Below, piece after piece: positions 9,564-17,336 of a DNA stretch of 61,035 nt; positions within the stretch are counted from its first letter, which is position 1; every line of letters starts with the position of its first letter. Position numbers and translations under genes: made by a program. Source of the stretch: Nanobdellota archaeon (GTDB lineage Archaea; Nanobdellota; Nanobdellia; Parvarchaeales; Parvarchaeaceae); contig JAJZWM010000003.1 in the NCBI GenBank assembly GCA_021846665.1, forward strand, positions 1 to 61,035, read 5' to 3'. A model generated the notes under the pieces. It did not search any database, was not told where the DNA came from, and saw nothing but the letters and a program-made list of their open reading frames with translations.

Positions 9564-10372
9564 AGGTAATCAAGAGAGGAAACCCGTCTGTTAGGATATA
9601 TAGAAAGAAAAAAGCTTGGGAGTTCATACCTTTTAAATCAAATATCGCTTATAACAAGAACAGACAAAAACGGTTCAAAAACTTCGCATCAAGATTCTCT
9701 TTGAAAGAAATAGAAGACATACTTTTAGCCTGGATAGCATTGAGTTTCGCATTTGCAGTTGTTCTTTATCCACTAAACGGTTCTGGCTTTTTGTTGTATT
9801 TTCTGGCTTCTTTCATAGTACTTGGAGCTGCATTTATAATGCATGAATTAATGCATAAATTTGTTGCTCAAAGCTATGGCTATGAAGCACAGTTTAGGAT
9901 GTTTCCATTTTTTCTAATATTAGCAGTTGTAATGGCCCTACTTATAGGATTCGTATTTGCATTGCCAGGTGCAACGATATTTGAACCAGACCCTAGAGAA
10001 CCATATACAGACCCTAAAGGGTTTACTGAGAGATATGGAAAGATATCACTTGCTGGTCCTTTAATTGATATAGTCTTTGGATTTATATTCCTGGCTTTGT
10101 TTTTGCTTATCTATGTAGTTGTAGGACCACATGTAACCAACTTGCTAACGGCTTTTGGTTACATAGTAACTGGTTTAGGGACTTTTATAAGCTTCTATCT
10201 TGCTGCATTTAATATGCTGCCTCTTGGCTCAGTTTCATTTATAGGATTGGACGGTTATAAGGTGTGGAGGTGGAACAAGATTTACTGGGCGATTTTCTTT
10301 GTAATACCAGTAGCAATGACTGCACTTATATATCTAGGTTACATACCAGTTCTTTCTGTTATAGGATTATAA
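9548..10372 (+). CDS. M50-family (site-2 protease-like) membrane metalloprotease
   Basis: HExxH within a TM segment (MHELMHKF). Polytopic membrane protein. Confidence 0.65.
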   Translation: MQKEVKVIKRGNPSVRIYRKKKAWEFIPFKSNIAYNKNRQKRFKNFASRFSLKEIEDILLAWIALSFAFAVVLYPLNGSGFLLYFLASFIVLGAAFIMHELMHKFVAQSYGYEAQFRMFPFFLILAVVMALLIGFVFALPGATIFEPDPREPYTDPKGFTERYGKISLAGPLIDIVFGFIFLALFLLIYVVVGPHVTNLLTAFGYIVTGLGTFISFYLAAFNMLPLGSVSFIGLDGYKVWRWNKIYWAIFFVIPVAMTALIYLGYIPVLSVIGL

Positions 10373-10418
10373 TAGCTATTTGCAGTTATTTAAATAAGTA
10401 GATTTAATAATAGTTATA

Positions 10419-11090
10419 ATGGAAAAAATGAAAATAGTAACTGCTTTTCAAACTGCGGGTTATATATCAATACTAGCTGCAAGATACCTTGAAGAGAAAG
10501 GAATTGTAAAGGATATTGGTGGAATAGATATTGATGAGCTTGCACAATTTGCTATAATCAAAGATGGAGAACTTCTCTCTCCAATAAGGATATTAGAAGG
10601 AAAAGATTTTATAATTATTACATCACAGATACCTCTGCCATTAAAAGCGATAAACGAGCTAACGGATAAAATAATACAGATTTATAAAGAGAAGAAGGCT
10701 GATAAAATAATAGCTTTGGACGGGCTTGCTATCGATGAAGCAAAGGACAGAAGCGAAGTTTATTTTGCGAGTACTTACAATGAAAAAGAGATAAAAAACT
10801 GTAAGAAATTGTCTGAAGGAGCGATTATGGGCTTTAACCCATATTTTGCACATAAAGCAAGAAAGATGAAAATACCACTTATGGTATTAATGGCTGAAAC
10901 ACATGCAGAGATACCTGATGGAATAGCAGCAGCAGCCCTTATTTCAGTACTAGAGAGTATTCTTGATATACATGTAGATACTTCTGAACTTATATCAGAA
11001 TATAAGAAAACGCTTGGACAGATAAACAACTTATTAAAAAGAGTAAGCCAAGCACCAAAAAATCAAGAAGAACAGAACATGTACGTTTAA
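10419..11090 (+). CDS. PAC2-family proteasome assembly chaperone-like protein (PbaA/PbaB-like)
   Basis: Length and sequence pattern fit the PAC2/COG1938 family. The C-terminus ends -M-Y-V, a hydrophobic-Tyr-X (HbYX) type tail. Confidence 0.5.
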   Translation: MEKMKIVTAFQTAGYISILAARYLEEKGIVKDIGGIDIDELAQFAIIKDGELLSPIRILEGKDFIIITSQIPLPLKAINELTDKIIQIYKEKKADKIIALDGLAIDEAKDRSEVYFASTYNEKEIKNCKKLSEGAIMGFNPYFAHKARKMKIPLMVLMAETHAEIPDGIAAAALISVLESILDIHVDTSELISEYKKTLGQINNLLKRVSQAPKNQEEQNMYV

Positions 11091-11491
11091 TTCTGGTTAT
11101 ATTCTTTTACTTTTTCTTCTAGAAACCTTGAAACGTTACTGTCCATAAATGAGGTCGAATAAGTAGTTATATCTGCCATTGATACCCATTTGTAACTTTG
11201 AAAGAAAGATAGAACTTCTGGCTCTCCATTTACGTGTTCCATAACATAAAGAAAATACAGCAATTTTGGATTTTCACTAGGATAATACTGAAATACTTTT
11301 CCGGTAAGATTAACAGTTATTTTGAATTTTTCCATAAGAGAAAGAATTTCTCTTCTCGGACTTTTATCTTCATCCAAATTAAGAAATGGGAATACCCATG
11401 TTGCTCTTGGCATGTACCTATCTTGCTCCTTTAATTTTACCATCAATACTTTGTTTCCCCTTATTACTAATGCAGATACTCTCTTTACCAT
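11087..11491 (-). CDS. Nudix-fold protein with a degenerate Nudix box
   Basis: VSALVIRGNKVLMV...WVFPF...RREILSLMEKFKI resembles the Nudix fold, but the GX5EX7REUXEEXGU box is incomplete. Confidence 0.35.
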   Translation of the reverse strand: MVKRVSALVIRGNKVLMVKLKEQDRYMPRATWVFPFLNLDEDKSPRREILSLMEKFKITVNLTGKVFQYYPSENPKLLYFLYVMEHVNGEPEVLSFFQSYKWVSMADITTYSTSFMDSNVSRFLEEKVKEYNQN

Positions 11492-11561
11492 ATAATTATT
11501 AACATTTTTTACATTTTAAACACTTTTTATATAAAGTTAGATATAATATTATTAAAAAGAT

Positions 11562-11852
11562 ATGGATAAAGGATATTACGCGGTGTTAATAGTTATTTTG
11601 GTATTAATAATAGGTGCGGCTATATTTTATACTAACCCTTATGAAAACCATAAACAGATTGCAATAGGTATATGTGAATTGGAATGCCACCATATAATAA
11701 CAAATTCTACAATAACTAGCAATACCTGTATAAAGGAGAATGCAAGTTTCGGATATTCCTGTGCGGCAGTAAATTCTACTTCCTCTACAGTCTGCTCAAA
11801 TACAAATGAGATAAATCTGAATTATAACTGTGCTCTGGAAAACGTGAAATAG
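11562..11852 (+). CDS. Small membrane-anchored Cys-rich extracellular protein
   Basis: N-terminal TM segment followed by a domain with 8 Cys and several N-x-S/T sequons. Confidence 0.4.
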   Translation: MDKGYYAVLIVILVLIIGAAIFYTNPYENHKQIAIGICELECHHIITNSTITSNTCIKENASFGYSCAAVNSTSSTVCSNTNEINLNYNCALENVK

Positions 11853-12509
11853 TTACTTAACAATCTGATCTAATGCATGAAGTTTCTTGTTGAGAAAATC
11901 TATTCTACTCTGTTTATCTTCTAGTACTTTACTAGATTCTACATGTGTAAGTACCCCGCCATCATTCCTGCATCTGAAGTCATTTTGAAGAGCTTCATTT
12001 ACATCGTATCTTCTGTTACAGATATCACAAACATAAAAGTCTTCAGCCTTGTTTAATTCCATTGATTTCTTAGTCTGCTTTATTTCATCCTCATACATAT
12101 CTTTTATTATGAACACTAACTTCCCAGGATTAGCACTCCAAAAATAGGTATACCATGCTTTATTGTTCTTTCTTACCTTTCTATAAGAAACTAGATTTTT
12201 ATTGTAAAGCCTATACAGGAATTTTCTTATTGCATTTGCTTTTTCAAACTTAAGCTTTTTTGCAAGAAGATTTTCTTCCATCTCTCCTTTAGAAATAAGA
12301 AACTCAAAAACTTCCAAGCCCTTTTCTCCAGCAACATCAATAACGTATTTTCTCGCTTCTTCCAGCTTCAAAAGTTTATTAGTATCAATTACTATCTTTT
12401 TTTCACGTTTTACGACTTTCTTTTTTACCTTTTTTAAGGTTTTTACCTTTTTTACCTTTGCTTTGGCCTTAACTTTTTTTACTTTATTACTTGCTTTTTT
12501 TGTAGCCAT
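11853..12509 (-). CDS. tfe: Transcription factor E (TFE alpha, TFIIE-alpha homologue) with an N-terminal Lys-rich tail
   Basis: Winged-helix region (LLAKKLKFEKANAIRKFLYRLYNKNLVSYRK...WYTYFW) followed by a Zn-ribbon-like CDICNRRY...FRC segment. The first ~40 aa are KKVKAKAKVKKVK-like. Confidence 0.75.
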   Translation of the reverse strand: MATKKASNKVKKVKAKAKVKKVKTLKKVKKKVVKREKKIVIDTNKLLKLEEARKYVIDVAGEKGLEVFEFLISKGEMEENLLAKKLKFEKANAIRKFLYRLYNKNLVSYRKVRKNNKAWYTYFWSANPGKLVFIIKDMYEDEIKQTKKSMELNKAEDFYVCDICNRRYDVNEALQNDFRCRNDGGVLTHVESSKVLEDKQSRIDFLNKKLHALDQIVK

Positions 12510-12602
12510 TTTTATATATAGTAAATCAAAGATTTAACCTTTTCTATTTAAGAAGTATACCTCTTAAGTTATCATATGGTTCTCTATACTAATAATACAA
12601 AT

Positions 12603-13508
12603 TTAACTGCCTAGAGTTGCATTTAGAGGCAAATTAGTTATTGCCGCTTGGCTAGTTGGTGCTGGATTAATTGCAGATAAACTACTTTTTATAGCAATAG
12701 AGTTATTTATTTCAAAAGTTATAGAAAGAGGGAGACCATTTTTAGCCGATACACAATCAAAGAAAGATAGACCTGAAGCTGGATTAACCTTAGGTGTAAG
12801 CCCTTCCAAATAGCAATTTTCACCAAGATAGGTCTTGACGCCTAAGAACTTTATAGTTGAATTAGCAAAACTTTTTACGAAGCTACTGTAATTAGAATTG
12901 GGTGACAATACGCTAAAAGGGGCTACAGCAAAGCTAGCCGCTACATCAAATGGTGTTGCTCCATTTAAGTAGGAAGTATTACATACTGTTGGTCTCGAAT
13001 TTACCGATGCTAATGAAGCAGCCATTGTACTGTTTAAAGGCGTATCATTCACGAAAATTTGCTTATTGCACACAATGATCTCACTGCCGTTGTAGATTAG
13101 TGACGCAGTTACTTTAGTAAATATAGAGGGTAGGCGGGTTTCATACTCAAAGGAACCTCTAAAAAGATTATTGTATTTTGCTATCCAAAACGTACCATTA
13201 ATCCTAGATAAATTGGAAACACCGGTTGGCGATGGCGAAAAGTAAAAATTGTAAGATTGATTAAATGAAGTAGCGGCATTATATAAATTAGAAGAAGCGG
13301 CAAACATTGATGTACCGCTGGTTAAATTAGAGAAAGAAGACGGCACACTAACACTAGCAGGTTTTAAAACATGCATTGTAAATACGACCACAACAAGTAT
13401 AGCCACAATAGCTATCACTGCAGTAATTACAAGCATGATGGATTTCTCCATTAATAAGTATATAGTGGAAGGTATTAATAACTTTTTATTTGGTTTGAAC
13501 TGTTGCAT
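12603..13508 (-). CDS. Membrane-anchored Ser/Asn/Thr-rich surface protein with many N-glycosylation sequons
   Basis: N-terminal TM segment, then about 260 aa containing more than 10 N-x-S/T sequons. No recognised catalytic motif. Confidence 0.5.
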   Translation of the reverse strand: MQQFKPNKKLLIPSTIYLLMEKSIMLVITAVIAIVAILVVVVFTMHVLKPASVSVPSSFSNLTSGTSMFAASSNLYNAATSFNQSYNFYFSPSPTGVSNLSRINGTFWIAKYNNLFRGSFEYETRLPSIFTKVTASLIYNGSEIIVCNKQIFVNDTPLNSTMAASLASVNSRPTVCNTSYLNGATPFDVAASFAVAPFSVLSPNSNYSSFVKSFANSTIKFLGVKTYLGENCYLEGLTPKVNPASGLSFFDCVSAKNGLPLSITFEINNSIAIKSSLSAINPAPTSQAAITNLPLNATLGS

Positions 13509-13738
13509 AACTGCTTTCAGACAACCTATGCTAAAGCAATAAATCTGTATTTGGAGGGATGCTTCCTACAAAATGTGGATAGGCTAAGAAGAAATAAGCA
13601 TTAAATGTCTGAGATACAACAAGCTGCTTAAGCCCACTTAAACCTTAAAATTAGCAAAGGCAAAAGAAAGTTGAGAGTTACTTAGATTTTTATTTTTAGA
13701 TTATGTATTTATACAACATGTATTAGTAAGTAAAAACT

Positions 13739-14992
13739 CTATTTTAAAGATGCAAATATTATTGAACCTATTGGGCTCAAAAGAACCAAAAGCAGGATAA
13801 ATAAGAAAGCTACAACATTAAGAATTTTTAAGGCTTTCTTTTCGTTTTTAACAACGTAACCTAAAGCATCGAAGAATATCTTACCGCCATCTACAAGATA
13901 AGATAATGGAAGTATATTGACTATTGCAAGGCTGAAAGAGATAACCCATAACCATAGGAAAAGCCCGTCTATCCAGTAAAGAGACTGCGAAGGGAAAGAA
14001 TTATTTGGAAATGCCGTTACAGAGATTGGTTCTATTATAAACGCAGGTGGCTTTGCAAGCGAGAAAAACCCGCCCACTCCGATATAACTATGATAAGTAT
14101 TATTTATTGATGAATTGTAAGTCGTTTTCATAGAATAAACTTTACCATTAGTCAAAGTAAAATTAACATACTGCCCTGGCTTGACATTTAAATCAGACAA
14201 TGCTTGCTGTTCTGAATAAAACTTATGCCCATTTATTTCTGAAATAGTAGAATTCACAGGCAAAGAAACCATACTTGCAGGACTGTTATTTACAACCGTT
14301 GAAACATCAAGATAATACGGAGAGTATGAAACTAAATTTGCAGAAACCATAAGATGCGAAAGCAAGAGATATGCCCCTAAGAATATAAAACCTAAAACAA
14401 CATTTGTAAAAGCGCCTGCAGCAAATATCCTTAAACGGTCAATTCTCTTTGCTTTTATTACCTTCTTTTCGTCTGGCTCTACAAAAGCTAGAGGAAGAAC
14501 TCCAAATAGAAAGCCGAAACCTGTGGATTTTATTTTTATGTTCTTTGAAAGAGCAACTACGCCATGAGAAGCCTCATGTAAAGCAGCTAACACAATTATT
14601 GCTATAAGTATGTAAAGTACTGGTACGCCTATTAAGACAGGAATACCTCCAACTGAAATTGAAACAGGAAATAAAGGTGCTACAGCAGGAAAAGTGGTCT
14701 TTGGACTTGTTATCATGAGATAAAGATAAGGTAAGAAAAGGTAAAGTACAAAGCCGATACCTGCAATAGCAACAAAAACTCCTATTGTTGAATATATATT
14801 TACTAATCGTTTAAACTTTGCTAACCTCTTCATTATTTTAAGTCCTATCTTTGTTTTGTAAAGAAATACTATTTTTCCCTCTACGTCAAACCTTTTTCTA
14901 TTTATAATTACGAATAATCCAAATATTACAAGTATTACGATTGTTAAAAGCAAATTATCTCCATTCGCCAAGAGTACACTTAAAACTGACAT
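13739..14992 (-). CDS. Site-2 protease family (M50) metalloprotease with an internal PDZ-like insert
   Basis: HEASHG (HExxH) within a TM segment. Polytopic, with a soluble insert between the TM blocks. Confidence 0.7.
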   Translation of the reverse strand: MSVLSVLLANGDNLLLTIVILVIFGLFVIINRKRFDVEGKIVFLYKTKIGLKIMKRLAKFKRLVNIYSTIGVFVAIAGIGFVLYLFLPYLYLMITSPKTTFPAVAPLFPVSISVGGIPVLIGVPVLYILIAIIVLAALHEASHGVVALSKNIKIKSTGFGFLFGVLPLAFVEPDEKKVIKAKRIDRLRIFAAGAFTNVVLGFIFLGAYLLLSHLMVSANLVSYSPYYLDVSTVVNNSPASMVSLPVNSTISEINGHKFYSEQQALSDLNVKPGQYVNFTLTNGKVYSMKTTYNSSINNTYHSYIGVGGFFSLAKPPAFIIEPISVTAFPNNSFPSQSLYWIDGLFLWLWVISFSLAIVNILPLSYLVDGGKIFFDALGYVVKNEKKALKILNVVAFLFILLLVLLSPIGSIIFASLK

Positions 14993-15000
14993 TATAATAC

Positions 15001-15189
15001 TTACACCTTCAACTTTCTTAACTCTTTATGCTTGGGCCGTAATACCGAAGAACCGCAGTTCCTGCACCTTACTTCGTTTCTTCTAAGAACTTTCTGGCTA
15101 GAAACACGTATCTTAGTATTGCAATTTCTGCATACATATACGTTATAGAAAAGCCTGCTATCAGCAACCGGATTAGATCTCTCTGCCAT
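15001..15189 (-). CDS. rpl40e: 50S ribosomal protein L40e
   Basis: 62 aa. CRNC...CRNC Zn-ribbon with a basic tail, the typical L40e pattern. Confidence 0.8.
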   Translation of the reverse strand: MAERSNPVADSRLFYNVYVCRNCNTKIRVSSQKVLRRNEVRCRNCGSSVLRPKHKELRKLKV

Positions 15190-15252
15190 AATCTTATAAG
15201 TTTCTACTTACTTATATATAAAGTTTTATTTAGCACATAATTAATATAACTA

Positions 15253-15756
15253 ATGAAAATTGATGTTATAAGAACAGATTCGAAAGAGATTGTAGAAAAA
15301 TTAAAGAATCTTGGATTTGACAGGATATTTCTGCTAAAAGAGCATAGCATAAAGGATATTACAAAAAATGAAAATAACGAATTCGATGCGTATTCTGGGA
15401 AAGACTATAATTTCATTATCAGAAAAGGGAAAGCAAGATTTATTTATGATTTAGAAATCAACAATTTTCTTCTTAATAAAGGACTCTGTAGTAAGCTAAA
15501 GGAAAATAAAATTACTGTTATATTTAGTTTTTCTGCACTTGAAAAAAGCGAAAATATGTTTAAAGTTTACAAAAACATGCTTATAAATGGGAAACTTTGC
15601 AATGATTATGGTGTGAACTGTTTATACTCTTCAGGATCTGAAAACACTAGCGATGTAAAATCCTTTTTCCAGCTTTGTGCCTTTGCTGAAGAATTCGGTT
15701 ATAACTACAAGAATATGTTAAATAGTATAAAAAAAGTAACAGAATTGGTTAATTAA
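15253..15756 (+). CDS. Possible short RNase P protein component 3 (Rpp30-like)
   Basis: The C-terminal pattern (...ITVIFSFSALEKSEN...LCNDYGVNCLYSSGSENTSDVKS...) resembles the Rpp30 TIM-barrel C-terminal half. At 167 aa it is shorter than usual. Confidence 0.4.
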   Translation: MKIDVIRTDSKEIVEKLKNLGFDRIFLLKEHSIKDITKNENNEFDAYSGKDYNFIIRKGKARFIYDLEINNFLLNKGLCSKLKENKITVIFSFSALEKSENMFKVYKNMLINGKLCNDYGVNCLYSSGSENTSDVKSFFQLCAFAEEFGYNYKNMLNSIKKVTELVN

Positions 15757-15812
15757 ACATACTGAAAAAGAAATGTTCCTAGAAGAATAATTATTAAAAC
15801 ATTAAAAATAGA

Positions 15813-15885
15813 TGGGCCCGAAGGGATTTGAACCCTTGATCTTCTGCACGTCAAGCAGACGTCATAACCGCTGGACCACGAGCCC
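15813..15885 (-). tRNA. tRNA-Val (anticodon GAC)
   Basis: Cloverleaf GGGCTCG/CGGGCCC acceptor, anticodon loop TTGACGT, T-arm GGGTTCAAATCCC. No encoded CCA. Confidence 0.9.
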
Positions 15886-15971
15886 ATAATTACTAAAAAT
15901 TCAGATAAAATATAAAAGCTTATTTAAAATGAAATAAAAAAGCTTTTATTGATAAATTATAATATTTCCAT

Positions 15972-17264
15972 ATGAATTACGATTTAAATTATGTAAATGA
16001 GCATAGAGATGAACTTTTGTCTTCTATAAAAAAGAGATTTTTAACGCCACCGATAGAGAATCCTGTAGATAGATTAATTGAATTAAACCAGCTTATAAAA
16101 AAGACTAGAAGCGAAGTAGACGAACTAAGACACAAAAGGAACATAATAAGTAGAGAATTCGCTGAAAATAACGGTAACACAGAAGAGAAAGAACAGGATA
16201 GGAAAAATGTAAGGGATATAATGCAGCAAATAAAAAAAGAAGAAGATGAAATATCAAAATATGAAGAAGAGGCAAAAAATCTATTTTTATGGTTGCCTAA
16301 TGTAGTAAGTCCTGACGCACCTGAAGGAAAAGATGATAATGACAATGTTGAAATAAGAAAAGTTGGAGAAATCAAGAAAAGAGACTTTGTCACTAAGAGT
16401 CATATTGATATAGGCCAAGAAAGAAGACTTTTAGATACCGAAAAAGCAGCAAAGATTGCAGGAAGCAGATTTGTATTTATAAGAGGAAAATTAGTACAAT
16501 TAGAACTCGCATTAGAGATGTACTCAATCCAAAAGATAGCTTCAAAGGAGTATACTCCGATTATACCTCCTTTTATGATAAGAAGAGATATCTATAGTGG
16601 TATAGCACATATGGCAACGTTCGAAGATGCGCTTTACAAAGTTACTGGTGTAGAGGAGGAAGGAGAGGAAGAACGTTTTCTTATTTCTACAACCGAGCAC
16701 CCCCTGATAGCTCAATATTCAAATGAAGTAATACCAGAGGAGGAACTGCCTATAAAAATGGTAGGAGTAAGCCCTGCTTTCAGAAAAGAAGCTGGAGCAC
16801 ATGGGAGAGACACAAAAGGGATATTCAGACTACACCAATTTGATCAGACTGAACAGATAGTGCTATGCAAGCCTGAAGATTCGAAACGCTTCCATGAAGA
16901 AATGCTTGGAAATATAGAGGAGATATGGAAAGAACTAGATATACCTTATAGGGTAGTAAGTTGCTCCACAGGGGATATGGGTGTTAGGGATGTAAAACAG
17001 TATGATATAGAAGCTTACCTTTACTCTCAGGATAAGTACAGAGAAGTAGGCTCGTTTGATAACACCACCGATTGGATATCTAGAAGACTGAATATAAAAT
17101 ATATGGATAAAAAAGGAAATAAAGATTATGTCTACACTTTAGATGGAACTGGACTACCAATACAAAGAACAATGATAGCTATAATTGATACTTATCAAGA
17201 GAAAGACGGAACTATAATTATCCCTGAAGTACTTAGAAAATATACTGGCTTCAACGAAATTTAG
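15972..17264 (+). CDS. serS: Seryl-tRNA synthetase
   Basis: N-terminal coiled-coil arm plus class II core motifs (FRKEAG..GRDTKGIFRLHQF, GTGLPIQRT). Confidence 0.9.
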   Translation: MNYDLNYVNEHRDELLSSIKKRFLTPPIENPVDRLIELNQLIKKTRSEVDELRHKRNIISREFAENNGNTEEKEQDRKNVRDIMQQIKKEEDEISKYEEEAKNLFLWLPNVVSPDAPEGKDDNDNVEIRKVGEIKKRDFVTKSHIDIGQERRLLDTEKAAKIAGSRFVFIRGKLVQLELALEMYSIQKIASKEYTPIIPPFMIRRDIYSGIAHMATFEDALYKVTGVEEEGEEERFLISTTEHPLIAQYSNEVIPEEELPIKMVGVSPAFRKEAGAHGRDTKGIFRLHQFDQTEQIVLCKPEDSKRFHEEMLGNIEEIWKELDIPYRVVSCSTGDMGVRDVKQYDIEAYLYSQDKYREVGSFDNTTDWISRRLNIKYMDKKGNKDYVYTLDGTGLPIQRTMIAIIDTYQEKDGTIIIPEVLRKYTGFNEI

Positions 17265-17336
17265 TAATACTATAATAATACTCACCTTTAATTTATAAAA
17301 GGAAAAATTCATCTATATTATTAGGAGGGGTAAATT

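Noticed and set aside
15886-15971. Repeated aaaagctt / aagctttt palindromic words between tRNA-Val and serS
   Set aside because: These are short, AT-rich and partly self-complementary because of the aagctt core. This is compatible with ordinary promoter-region sequence.
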